Below, piece after piece: positions 27,301-40,104 of a DNA stretch of 64,000 bases (position 1 is the first letter of the stretch; every line of letters starts with the position of its first letter). The translations under genes were made by a program, and so were the position numbers. This DNA comes from Azolla caroliniana (lineage: Eukaryota > Plantae > Polypodiophyta), in contig JBHGNT010000013.1 in the NCBI GenBank assembly GCA_043228905.1, positions 1,488,001 through 1,552,000 of the forward strand. Reading direction: 5' to 3'. The notes under the pieces are model-generated. The model saw nothing but the letters and a program-made list of their open reading frames with translations, did no database searches and was not told the DNA's origin.

Positions 27301-27863
27301 ATGGCTGAAGTCGTTGCGCGGGATACCATGTTTCCCGATGCGTGTGATTACTTGTTCAACGACCAGCATCAGCAGCTCACTCACCTCAAGTATGACCTCG
27401 CACCTCACGTGCTCGGCTCGACGGCGTGATCCCTTGCTCCTTCCAGTGGAGGAATCATCCCGAGTGCGGGAAGCTAAAGGCCTTGGCCGAGGGATGGACT
27501 CGGGACCACTTCGGGGGCCATATCCTAAATATTAACTCCGATTTCCACTTGCTAGCCACCATGGCCATGGCGGGCGGAGAGGAGCGGAGCGAGCGCATGA
27601 ACCTCGTGCCGGTCTTGCTGTGGCACAACCTGGGCTCCCGGGAAAGGCGGCAGCTAATCATGCTATGACATGCGGAGGCGGAGGTGGAGGCATTGGCACG
27701 GTAGATGGTGGTGCGAGTGGTAAGGGAGCTGGATGAGAAGTGTGCACGGCTCGCGGCTGTTCGAGGCGGCGGCGGCGGAGAAGTACATGGAGGGGGTGTC
27801 CGACTGGCTGTCGGGGAATCTGCGGTGGCACCGCCTGACCAAACGATACAAGACACTTACTAA
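27301..27863 (+). pseudogene. MTPSL paralogue pseudogene
   Basis: Matches QLTHLKYDLAP, WRNHPEC, SDFHLLATMAMAGG, MNLVPVLLWHNLGS and EKYMEGVSDWLSGNLRWHRLTKRY. Has a large internal deletion, frameshifts and stops. Confidence 0.9.
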
Positions 27864-28190
27864 TAACTCTTAGGCCATAGATGACTAACTTTGTAGGAAT
27901 CTAAAGTACTACCTAACAAAGTATACCAACTTTGATATATATGACTTAAGTTTGATGGAGAAAAGAGAGACAACGTTGTTCTATTCATGGTAGATATTTA
28001 CACTTGTCGGGGAATCTGCGGTGGCACCAAATGATACAAGACACGCACTAATAACTTTTAGGCCATAGATGACATACTTTGTAGGAATCTTAAAGTATTA
28101 TCTAACAAAGTATAACAACTTTGATATATATGACTTAAGTTTGATGAAGAACAGAGAGACAACGTTGTTCTATTCATGGTAGATGTTATA
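27808..28190. repeat. ~195-bp tandem duplication of the pseudogene 3' end and 3' UTR
   Basis: TGTCGGGGAATCTGCGGTGGCACC...TTGTTCTATTCATGGTAGAT at ~27809 and ~28005. Confidence 0.9.
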
Positions 28191-29066
28191 TATTTATAGT
28201 AGGGAAGTTTGTAATTATGATCAAATCTCACATAATGTTTTATGTATTGTAACCCTCGGTGTGAAAAAAAGACACATTAATATGTGATTACAACTTACAT
28301 TATTTATTCCTATTTTCTTTATTTATGATATTGTGGTGTGCATCTTATGTGCATTTCACAATATATTTGTTATTTATAATAAACACTTATTTTTAATATT
28401 TAATATTTGAACACTCTCCCTTAATGTAAGCAACCTAAGGTTGTGCCTTGCTGCTTCCGGTTTTATCTATTGGCACGGAGCAGTTGCAACTCTGCTACCT
28501 GCATCGACCAAGTCTGCCACCCTTTATCCAATGAGTTGACAACCAACTGTTGTGCTTGGTGCTTGTGTGCCCTTGAGATGAGGTGCACCTTCTCTTTGCC
28601 CATATTCACCTTGTATTGCATCTACTTCTTCAGCCGAGTCGAATTTGGTTCCTTGTTCGGTCGGTTACCATCATTCTTTAGTCGGTTCTCAATTTTTCTG
28701 AGTATTAAATCGGCCAACTGGCTCGGATTCGATTTCGATTGAATCGACTTCTACTCGATTCAATCGAGCATTGACTCGGCTCAATTAAGTAGTTGGAGAC
28801 TTATTCTCAATCTCCCAAACGACAATCATCTTCTCTTCCATGAAGACGGTGTCTCGGCTCCTAATCACCTTCTTCTCGGCTAAGTCCCATGGCCGATAGC
28901 CGAATTCATCTTCGTCGTAGCCGAGAAATAGGCATGGTCGGCTCTTGGGATCGAGTTTCCCCCTCCGGTCCTTAGCTATATGCACATAGGCCAGGCAATC
29001 GAATACTCTTAGATGCCAATATGACACCTCTTTGCCGGACCATACCCTTTTTGGTATGTCACCTTT

Positions 29067-29282
29067 CTGATCACAAATACTCTTATTCTGTTTACGAAAT
29101 TTCACATGAAGCGTATTCTCACAAATGTCACACTGAGCCCATAATCCCTTATCAGTATTGATATTAATTTTTTTCTCATCTTTTCCATTTTCACTCGAAT
29201 CCTCCGAAGTGTCTTCTGGAAAAGCTCCAATGATCAACCCACCGAATTTGCATCTATCTTCAAACCAAACTGTTAGAGACAT
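29067..29282 (-). pseudogene. accD: Plastid accD 5' fragment (NUPT)
   Basis: MSLTVWFEDRCKFGGLI...KGLWAQCDICENTLHVKFRKQNKSIC matches the accD zinc-finger N-terminus. Confidence 0.85.
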
Positions 29283-29599
29283 AAATTTATCCTCGTCTAC
29301 TTTTCCCCCCTAACCCAAGGAATTGTGTGGTGTTTAGATTACAGCTATCCCCTCAACAAAATAATTGAATGGATAATTTTATGTACCATCAAACAAATTT
29401 CATCAAATATTATCTAATTGGCATAGTTCCCAACTGGATTTTTTAAGTTGTTGACAGGTTTGATGGCTCAAGAAACTACAACCGGTCACTTATATGTTAT
29501 GAATTCGAGAGAAAATCTCCAACGTATTGTCGAACAATATGTCACAACATTTTTAATACTGATCCAATAAATCGTTGATTCGATCTAATCAACCTGTCC

Positions 29600-29858
29600 T
29601 CGCCCTGCCCTCTACTTTAATAATTACATCCTTTAATAATCGTCGAACAATTAGTAGTGAAGAAAGGCCTACACGAACTATTGAAGCTATGGAGTATCCT
29701 ACATTCAAAGGTGTACGAGGACCCCCCGGCTCGTCAGTAACCATAACAACAGACACGATTAAAACATTTATAGCTCCTACATAGATAAGCAATTGTGCCG
29801 CAGCTACAGAATCGGCATTAAATACGAGGTACGATGGAGATACACATGTGAACACCAA
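29600..29858 (-). pseudogene. ndhG: Plastid ndhG fragment (NUPT)
   Basis: [26 protein letters not shown] is the NdhG/NuoJ signature. Confidence 0.9.
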
Positions 29859-30935
29859 CTCTCCACAACACACTCCCCTTCTTGTTTGTCATAATACGAA
29901 CTAGTGGGTTGGTGAATCATTACCCTGATTGGGGGTATAACCCAGGACTAGCCGTACGGGCAGTTATCTATGCATACGGCTATGCGTCGGGTGGGGTAAA
30001 ATGGGTAGGCGGTGATATATTTCCAAGCGCTAGTCTCCTTACTCCACGCAAGAAAAAAAAAAAAGATCTCTTGTGTTATTACAAAAATTTCCCTACTGGA
30101 ACACTGTAATATGGTATGTACCATCCTTCTAAACATACTACGATGGTTCCGTTGCTTCTCATTCGAGCAATCCCAAGGTTTTCTATGTCTATCCCCGATG
30201 AGCGATAGAATCATTTTATTTCTCCTCCTGATGAAGAAGAAGTCTGATCTTCTAAAACCACGAAGAATCAACAAAATATTCAGTTTATGATGCTAATATA
30301 TATATATATATATTGATCTCCGTCGAATCTATCAAAAAAAGAGAGAGGTTTCTTTGATTCTTGTTACTATCTTGGCGATTTACTACTTCACTTTCGGATC
30401 TATGTCCGAAATAAATAATTACCAAGTATCGGATGCCATGCTATTGTTACCTAACCAGGCGAAGGCATAGTTTGATTTACTTTTTTTTATGATAAAAATC
30501 ATTGGCGCCAAGCGTGAGCTAGTGCTATACGTTTGGTAATTTCCCCCCCAGCCAAAATGGAAGATCCCATCGAAGTAGCTAGTCCCATACAAATGGTATG
30601 CACGTCTGGTACCACAAATTGCGTAGCATCATAAATAGACATTCCGGCTAAGACTGCCCCGCCGAGAGAATTCACATACAAAAAAATATATTTGGCTTCG
30701 TCTTCCCCATTCAGGTACATCATGATACCGATTAGTTGATTAGCAATTTCATCATCTACCTGTTGACCCAAGAAAAGAAGTCTTTCCCGATAAAGTTGGT
30801 TGATCAGGATAGGTTTATGTGTCATGCACCCTCACCACCCTCTAGAACCGTACGAGCGTCGCTAGAAGCATACGGCTCTGGTAGTTTGTACATGGTGGAG
30901 GCAGAAAAGAAAAAAAACTATTGCCTTTTTTCAGA
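29859..30935 (-). pseudogene. clpP: Plastid clpP fragment (intron 1 3' part, exon 2 ~30512-30802, intron 2, start of exon 3) (NUPT)
   Basis: Exon 2 [23 protein letters not shown]...KRIALAHA; exon 3 RVMIHQPTSSYY from 29927 down. Group II domain V (AGCCGTATGC...CGTACGG) at ~29950-29980 and ~30846-30878. Confidence 0.93.
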
Positions 30936-31718
30936 AAGTGGGACCGCGGGAGACCTGTTTACCACATAAATGGCTGTCATCAGCACCTCAGCCTAGTAAA
31001 TCTTCGGCAATTTCGCATGTGCTAGCATACATCGGACTCTCTCCATGATGGTCCGGTTCATTCTCTCGGCCATACCGTTTAGCTCTGACATCTTCAGCAC
31101 TATGCACTCTTGTTGAATACCTTGCATTCGGCTATACTCCTCAAATTGCCCTCGGTATTCAACGCCATTGTCCGTTCGATTGCTTTTAGTTTTTGGCTGG
31201 TTTCTTTCTTGGCCCTCGCTTGGAACTCCTTGAAAACACCTAGTACTTGATCCTTCGTCTTCAGCACGTAAACCCACAACTTATGATTGTAATTGTCAAT
31301 GAAGGTAACAAAGTACTATCCACCGGAATGAGACTTCACATCTACATAGCATACATTGGTGTCTACGAGTTCCATGGTGGTTTTCCTCCGAATTGGGGGC
31401 CTCGGTCGAAACGCAACTCTGTACTATTTGCCGGCCAAGCAATTGGCATAGTTATCCAAATGCACTTTCTTTACCTCGGTAGGAGTTCTTTTTCGGCTAG
31501 CATCTGCATTCCCTTCTGGCTCATGTGGTATAGCCTCTTATGCCACATCTCACTGGTTGTGTCAGTTGCAATGTTTACCTCGTTTGGGCATAATTGAGCA
31601 TTCATTATATACAATGTGTTGGTTTTTCGAGCTCGAGCCACTATCAAGCTCCCCTTGCAGAACTTCATGACACCATTCCAAATGCTACCCATGTAGCCTT
31701 CATCATCCAGCCAACCGG

Positions 31719-32504
31719 TGTTGTGAAAATACAACAAAGATACGTGAACTTGAGGCAAGACCCCGGGGCCTCCAACCAGAGGATACCAGATTCGTGCGTT
31801 TAAGTTTTATGAATTAATTGAAAGGAGAAAGTTTGGTAATTTTCTATTAACAAAGAAAAAAATAATTTACAATCTATCCTAAGATTTGGATTACAAAAGT
31901 TTTAGGCTTACTGAGATTAATAGATTATCATATTAGGCTTTTGGGGAATTTATGAGATATGGCTTAGATAAGAAAAATTAGGGTTATTGAGTGATATGGC
32001 TTCGATAAGAAAAATTAGGGTTTTTTAGTGATATCCTTCGATAAGGAAAAATAGGGTTAGTTTCTCCCCCCCCCCCCCCCCCCCCCCCCTTAAGTGATAG
32101 ATTTTTTTCTTCCCTTTTGTAAGATTCCCTACCAAAATTATCGCTCTCCCCTTTAATTGCATGTTACCACTTGAAGCTATCTACACTTGCATGAAAGAAG
32201 TCCAGTTTGCATATCCAACCCAGTTACATGCATCCCACATGGCGTTTACTTTAGTTGCATGCATCCCCACATGCAACTGTCCTTAACAATTCAGTTGCAT
32301 CATCCTACCGTTCGTACAGTTCGTTCCGTGCATTATGGATCGCCCCGACCATTCCAAGCAATGTTACGTCGTTGCCTGTTTCATACGTAGTAAAATGCGT
32401 TTGGAAGCTCTTGAAGACGTCCATCTTTTCCTACCAAGCCATTAAGCTAATCTAAAATAATTATTTCATTATTTTTCATATCGTGTGTAAAAAACCACAC
32501 GACA
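31719..32504 (-). mobile_element. Solo gypsy LTR (related to 4975-6056)
   Basis: Termini TGTTGTG...CACGACA; flanks CCGG/CTGA. Shares GTGGTTTTTTACACAC with the 4975 LTR, and the host copia resumes after it. Confidence 0.75.
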
Positions 32505-34509
32505 CTGACTAATATCATATTCAATCTAATTTCCGAACGTGTTGCACATCTTTCAGCACTAGTCGACATCCAATTGACATTACCAAACACACATCTCCAA
32601 CTGTTGATAATTCAACATGCTCCTTCATTTCCCATTTTTACAAGAACGTGGTCTCTAGCCTTGTATCATGAGAAGCACTTTTGGTCGGGGGTTAGGTGAA
32701 ATGATGCACGCAAATCAACCACCCATGTTGATTCTTCGTCAGCGAGGTTGACTTCATTTTGTTCACTAATGAACAACAACTCCTCTTCATTCACGGTGAT
32801 TGCTGAGGTGTTCTTTCTATCTGTGATTCTCTTCAACTCTAAACCATCAGCTCCCCCTTTCTCCTTTTGAAAGTGTCGACAATTCTTTAGGAAGTGCCCC
32901 GGCTTCCCACAATAGCATGTAGGCCTTCCCCTCGACTTCGACCTTGTCCTCGACTTATCTCGATTCTGGGACTTTGATTTCGGCCTCTTCCTCGATTCAT
33001 GTTACTTTCAATAACTAAGGCCTTCGGGTCAACAATGGACTCTCGGTCCTTCCGGCGAGCTTCCTCGTTTAGTAAGCTCGACTTCACATCCTCTAGGGAT
33101 AATTGTTTCCCTTCCGATCCCACGTTGCCCAATGTGACAACGTTTCCCAGTTATTCGGAAGGGATCCCAACAACAACAGTGTTAATACCTCATTGGCAAG
33201 AGGTACTTCTAGAGAGGTGGTCTGATTCATTAGTCCTTGGAAAACATTAATGAGCTCCACCATGTTGGAGCCGTCTTGATACCAGAGTCTCATGATTTTT
33301 CTGAAAACTAAGACTCAATTCACGACGTTCTTGTTCTCGAACATTACACCAATCTTCTTCCAGATGATGTCAACACTCTTCTCTTCATCAAAATTGTTGT
33401 ATAGACTCATGTCTATAAAACACCTTATATATGTTGCCGCCTTGAGATGCATGACTTCCTAAGAAGATGCATTGATCTTGTCTGGCTTGCTTTTGCCAAA
33501 CTGCACTGGCAGCCACAGGTCTTTGACACCAACATGTTCTGCATCTTCGACTTCCACACTAAATAGTTGAAGCCGGTAAGTTTGAACATGTTGCCGAATG
33601 ACTCTTCCATCACTCTGATACCAATTTGTTAGGATCGTAACCTGCCACAACTAGTTCCTCGTACATATGTTCAAGTGAAATTAAGAAGATAAGGGTATGA
33701 GGGAGTTACCCCGCCTAGAAGCTATGGTGAGGATACTAATATTTACATTGAGACCATGGGCCACACCCGCATCAAAACCCTTCAACCCCCCAACACTCTT
33801 TTTCGAGAGACTTGGATGGAAATGAAACTAGTCTCAACATATACACCTGATAACACATTTGTACCACCGAAAAAGTCTTTTATTTATGTTTTATTTATTT
33901 ATTTATTTACCTTAATTGGCTACGCATCCTAGTAGTTCAATCAATTGTCTTGTGGGCCAAAATTGTTCTTAGAAGATGTTAATATTTCTTTCTTCTTCCT
34001 CTCCGGTTCTTAATATGTGGTACATAGTACGTAATATTCATGTTCGTTAGCCCAAACATTCTTTTTCATACGTTTGAAAATGAATGCGTATGTAATTAAA
34101 ACATTCTTGTGTTTTTTTTACCCTTTTTACCTTAACTTACCTTAACTTTCTTACCCTAAATTTTTTTTTACCTTATAATAAATAATGAGTGCAAAAGTAT
34201 GGTATTTATCATAATTCAAGGGTGTTTTTTCATACGCAAAGGATAAGAATGTTCAAGAATGCAAATGCACGAATGTTACGTATACTTCAAAGTTCATACT
34301 ATGATGTGTTCTAAGTTTGTAACTTGTAACTTGTTATTATTTTTATTTTTATTATTAAGTTTATTTATTGTTGGGGCCAAATTTGTTGTTAGAAGATATT
34401 AATATTTCTTCTTCTTCATATTCTTATTGTAACATACACTAGATTACTCAAAGCCTGACCCTTGGTCCATTCCTCAGTTTCCATTTATAATAGTTTTAGT
34501 TACAAACAT

Positions 34510-37095
34510 TATGTTCTTGTTGTCTCTCTACCGAATCTTGACTCTCTGTCGACTCTCTGTCGGTCGGCCCTCGATCACTGACTCTCAGCTCTCCGCCAGC
34601 TATCAGTCAACTCTCGGTTGTTTTCCAGATTACGGTCATTTGCCAGCTCTTCGCTCTCAGCCACCTGCCGATTGTGGGCTCCATTTGAGTGGATAGACCT
34701 AAAAACTCTCCCCCTCTATCTCAAGTGGGGGCATAACTAGATTTGCTCTTTGATTGCAAATTTCAAGCTTATCCAAAGCTTTCTAATTCTCCCTTATTTG
34801 AGAACATCACATAATCATGTGAAGATCATCTTCATCTCACAGACCTCACCTCTTCCACCTCTGGTGGAGATGCTAAAACGACATCTATCTAGTCACCTAC
34901 AATTTGATCATCATGATCCTACCCATCATTATCATCGGCTGCATCATCAGTCGTATCATCATACTCCACATCTCCCTCGTGACCTTGGGTGTCTAGGGTA
35001 GGAGTTGGACATTTGGTGACTGAAAAATAGGGTTGAAATTTGGCATCTCATTCGGCTCCTTAGGGAATACCACATCCCTATTTCTAATGACCTTCTTCTC
35101 TAGGTCATATAGTCTATAATTGAATTCCTCATGGTTGTATCCTAGAAAATATGCATGGTTTACATCAAGCTTGGATCTTTCATCTTTCGGACATGAACAC
35201 AAGCCCTACAACCAAACTCTCTCACGGAGTCAAGTATTTGCATGACACCACCAAATCTGTCCACACCCTCTCGGGTTCATCATCATCCAAAGGGAAGGAC
35301 TGATGGAGACATATTTATGAGGTCAACTGCAATCCTCATTGTTTCACTCCAAAAGGATTTAAGCAATTTTGAGTGTGATAGCACATATCTTATCCACTCA
35401 CAAATTGCCCTACTCATCCTCTTAGCCAGACCATTGTGCTGAGGTGTTTTCCGAACACTCCTCTCAAGCTTGATACCATGCATACGGTCATATTGCTCCA
35501 AATGTCCCCTATATTCAGTGCCATCATTTGCGCGGATACATTTCAACTTGCATTAGATAGAGGGAATTTTGTTTAAGATGCTTGTTATGATTAGGGAGTC
35601 TTTGGGGAGTTTCCATCTTCCTTCACCAAAGTAATTTTCATATCCCTCATCATCAAACTTACTAGGATGATATTCAATGGAATATCTGGTACATGCCTTA
35701 CATCCCCTATGCCAACAACCTCTCTCATACCATGGTTGGCCATTTTGACTTTACCAAAGTCACCACCGGTATATGACTCAAACATCTCCCGATTCAGGGT
35801 GATGTGATATGAGGCCCCCGTATCAATGACCCAATTGGTTTGTTGACATGCTAAACTATCACAAGAATCATCATGGACAATAATAACATCGTCATCACAT
35901 GTGGCGGTTATAGGGTCATTTTTCTTTTCGTTAGTGGTTCCATTCTTTTAGTCCCTTGTATTCTGCCTACAATCTCTTTCATAGTGATTTGGACCACCAC
36001 AATAGCGACATGAGAAATATTTCTTGATTTTGACCTCCCCTCAAAATTATTTTTGTGATCTTGTGGACCCACCCTGAGTATGGCTTCTTCCTCTAGAGGA
36101 GTTGTTTTGTATGACCAAGGCTTCATGCTCATTATTGGACTCACGCTCCTCTCGTCATGCTTCTTCATGTAGAAGAATCGACTTAAGCATGTCCAATGTT
36201 AGCTCCTTTTGTTGTGTTGCAGTCCCAAGCGTCACAACAAGGTTTCCCAACTATCTGGGGAGAGCTTAATAATAACAAGGTCAACACCTCATTTGCTAGA
36301 GGTATATCTAAAGAGATAGTTTGACTTATTAGTCCTTGAAACGTGTTTATATGCTTTGCCATACTAGAACCATCTTGATATCTAAGTCCTAGAAGTTTCC
36401 TAAACACAGAGACTCTATTTAAGTATTTTTGGTCTAAAACATAGTTTCGATTTTCCCCCATAACTCATGTTCTTTGGTTTCATCAACGAAATTGTTACAT
36501 GGACTCATGTCTATAAAACAACGTATGTATGATGTTGTTTTTAGATGCATTGCTTCCCAAGTTAATGAATCTATGTTCTTAGGTTTGCTTATACCATGTA
36601 GGATGGGGCAACCACATGTCCTTACATACCTACATGTTCCTCATTTTGGACTTCAAAATGGGGTAGTTGGATCCGACCAGCTTAATCATCCTGCCTAGTG
36701 ATTCATCCATATTCTAAGTCTTTGCGGAGGGTATGAACCTTGGCTCTGATAGCACTTGTTAGGAATATGGGACTGAATTAGGATGATTTAGACTTCCAAC
36801 ACAATTAACAATAGATGAAACCACAAATGAGAGTACACCAAAATTTTAACATGGAAAACCCAAAATAGGGAAAAACCACGGGAATCGTAGGTTCCAAACA
36901 ACTTTACTATGATCTGAATACAACGGAATACAACCTCTCTACATTTTCACTAGAGGAATGTATCTACCTCAAGGCGGTGGCCTGGGTTACAACCTTCACC
37001 CAATGGGGTGAATGGAATAACAAAGATTACAAACAGAGTACAACCTCTCTAGGTTTGGACTAGAAGAAATGTACTAGCCTCAAGGTAAAATAACC
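34510..37095 (-). mobile_element. Second copy of the non-autonomous copia at 6057-13672, inverted
   Basis: Near-identical peptides (MFESYTGGDFGKVKM; MCSCPKDERSKL...LLP). PBS at ~36745; partial LTRs at 34510-34700 and 36758-37095. Confidence 0.88.
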
Positions 37096-37743
37096 TAAGG
37101 TCCCAACAATCGAAATCGTCTAAATATTGTGTCCATCTCCATCAGGCTTACATAAATTGGTTTCTGATGAGTTTGGCTAGGCCGAAATCGCCTAACCTTG
37201 CATTCAAATTGTCATCCAACATCACGTTGCTTGGCTTCAGATATCTTTATCACCACCATTTCCCATTCTTCATGGAGGTAGTGAAGGGATGCTACTACCC
37301 CTCACAACACATTGTATCTTCTCTCCCAATTCAAAAGATGTGGATCTGTGGAGCTATGCTAAGAATTTCTGCATCTTGTAAACAACCATCTGTCTAAGAT
37401 TCCATTAGGCATGTACTCATAGACCAACATGAGCTTTCTATTGCAGTTGTCATAGCTCCACCCAAGGAGCTGGACCAGGTTCTTGTGTTTCATCCTCCCC
37501 ATGCTTCGTATCTTTCCTTTGAACTCCCTCTCACCTTGTGCGGATTTCGATGACATGCACTTTACTTCTATCTCTATGTTGATGGAGGCTAGCCTCCCCC
37601 TGTACACTAAGCCAAACCCTCCTTCCCCAAGGTTGTTCTCTTCATTGAACCTTCTGGTGGCCTTCTTTAGCTCCCTATAAGAGAATCTTGTATGACCATA
37701 CTTTAGATCTCCTAAATGCTTAACCAGATCAGATTGCACTTTC
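37096..37743 (-). pseudogene. Receptor-like kinase pseudogene (L-type lectin RLK-like kinase domain)
   Basis: RFSYRELKKAT, LGEGGFGLVYRG, HKNLVQLLGW, LVYEYMPNG, then DLKPSNVMLD..ARLGDFGLAKL and VGTLGY after frameshifts; no introns seen. Confidence 0.85.
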
Positions 37744-38139
37744 TGTTAGGAATATGGATCTAAATCGGGATGATTTACACTACCAACACAAGTTTCCAAA
37801 TAGATGAAACCACAAGACAAAAATGAGAGCACCAAAAATTTAACGTGGAAAACCCAAAAATGGGAAAAACCACGGGAACCGTAGGTTCCAAACAACTTCA
37901 CTATATTTTTTAGTACAACGGAATACGACCTCACTGGAGGAATGTATCTACCTCAAGGCAATGGCCTTGGTTACAACCTTCACCCAATCGGGTGGATAGA
38001 ATAATGAAGATTACAAATTGTGTACGATCTCTCTAGATTTTGACTACAGGAACGTACAAACCTCAAGGCAACAGCCTTGTCTACACAATAGTGAATACAA
38101 CTGAGTACGGACTCTCTAGGTTTTCACTAGAGAGAATGT

Positions 38140-38510
38140 ACTAGCCTCAAGGCAACAACCTTGGCTACAATCTTTACCTGATCGTATGCATACAACAACA
38201 ATAAGCATAAGAAATGTGCTAGCCTCAAGGCAACAACCTTGGCTACAATCTCCACCCGATTGGGTGGATACAACAACAATAAGCACAAGAAATGTGCTAG
38301 CCTCAAGCCAACAACCTTGGCTACAATCTCCACCCGATTGGGTGGATACGACAACAATAAGCACAAGAAATGTGCTAGCCTCAAGGTAACAACCTTGGCT
38401 ACAATCTTCACCCGATTTGGTGGATTCAACAACAATAAGCACAGGAAATGTGCTAGCCTTAAGGCAACAACCTTGGCTATGATCCTCACCCGATTGGGTG
38501 GATAAACCAA
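38140..38510. repeat. 78-bp tandem repeat inside the LTR
   Basis: TAGCCTCAAGGCAACAACCTTGGCTACAATCTCCACCCGATTGGGTGGATACAACAACAATAAGCACAAGAAATGTGC, about 5 copies. Confidence 0.92.
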
Positions 38511-40104
38511 CAAACCAATAACCTTACAATTCTTCACCCAACTAGGTGGATAGAAAAACTAGAAAAATAGGAAACAAGAAAACAACACAAAACGAAGGAA
38601 CCTGATGTGAGTAGACAGGAGAGGTGTTGTACAATCGTGGTTCTCTCACCGCACGACCAACCCCTCACAAGTCTCTGTCTCCACTTCGGTTGAACGTTGT
38701 CATGTTGTTACGCTCTCGCGTAGGAAACTAAGGCGGGACCGTAGGGGCCCTGGACCAAGGAATACCCCAAACAGAGGGAGCAAGGTGAAACAATGGGTCG
38801 GCAAGTACTGGCTACCGGCAAGTAGGTACGCGGAGCTCATCGGGTGGATGATCCCCGATTCGTGCTTGCCGGCTCAACGATTACCATGGCAGCATACGAA
38901 GAATGAACAGTAAAACACGCTCATCTGATTTTGTGACAACAATGGACCAAGACACACACACAAATACGTAGAGGACTCACAAACAAGGAATCGATGAAGA
39001 CAACTAGGTGAATACAATGCTCTTCGAGATTACAACCGGCAAGCCAGTAAGCGACCACACGCAAACACCCACACATAGAGCACGCAGTGGAGCCTCTGCC
39101 GAAGTGCACGGGCTTACCCCTCGAGCAGAGGCAACCGACCAAAACCTTCAGAGCTCAACGAAGAAAAACGAGAAGAGTGCTTGGTTCCTAGTTTGACAGT
39201 AGTTCGTCCTCCCAAAACGCGATATCCCTTTCAGCCATTTTCCCCTTTCTTTTATAGGCCACCGGGGAGGGCCGTCACATCCTGAATACATCATCTTTAT
39301 TCTCTGTCCCTTCGAACAGAGATATGCATCGATTTCCTAGCTAATAAATGTGTACTACCTAGTATATTTACATAAGCCGACCTATTCCTAATTATGTACA
39401 TCTTATCGATACTTGTGCCCGCGCGTAAGGGCTGGTTCATGTGTCTTATTCGTCGATTCCTCCTAAGGCCAGTTTTCTTCATGACATCCACCCCCACCAA
39501 ACCGCGCATCCACCGGTATGTGCCGGAGAGGGACAAATGCCGGAGAAAACTGGCTCGCGTTCACCCGTCGCTCTCCGAATCTCCATTCGCTCCGATCCGG
39601 TCATCGTCTACGCCCCTCGAGTCTGGTTCATCCTCGTGCTGCTTTTTGAATGCCTTAATCCTCTTCCCGTCCACTAGCACAACTATCCTTGTTCTGTCGA
39701 GCTCCGTGAGATGGTAGGTGCCGGTGTCGTTTGCGCTTGTTACGGCGTAAGGCCCGAACCACCTTTCCGCAAACTTGCGCGTTGCCTTGTGCTGGTTGTC
39801 GAGGTTGCTGTCATAAACTAGTACCCAATCGCCTTCCTCGATCTTCTTCAGTCGTAGCCGGTGAGTCCAGTCGAACCGGGCTTTATTCCTTGCCCTCACC
39901 GCATGCAGCTCTGCATTTGCTCGTTCCACGTCCTTTGTTCTTCGTTTCAAGTTGCCGAATCCGCGCAGCCAGTAGCTCTTCCAGGCTCATCTCGTCTCTC
40001 CAGCCCACCGCCACCCATGAGGAGATCGTTCACTCTACCGGCATGATCGGCTTCTGCCCATACATCAGCTCTGTCGGCATGAACCCGGTTACCAAACTAT
40101 GCAT

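Larger units (their letters stand above)
28410..33850 (-). mobile_element. Non-autonomous Tork-like copia element (gag, protease, integrase; no RT) hosting a NUPT and a solo LTR
   Basis: PBS-Met at 33613-33623, gag FKLTGFNY, LPNNWETL, integrase NGMAERMNRT and KLDPKSRPCLFLGY, PPT near 28415. Confidence 0.8.

Noticed and set aside
29948-30290. ORFs in the NUPT as ycf-like genes
   Set aside because: They fall inside clpP group II intron 2.
33950-34420. ~45-bp direct repeats in an AT-rich block (possible MITE/TRIM)
   Set aside because: No TIR, PBS or TSD could be established.
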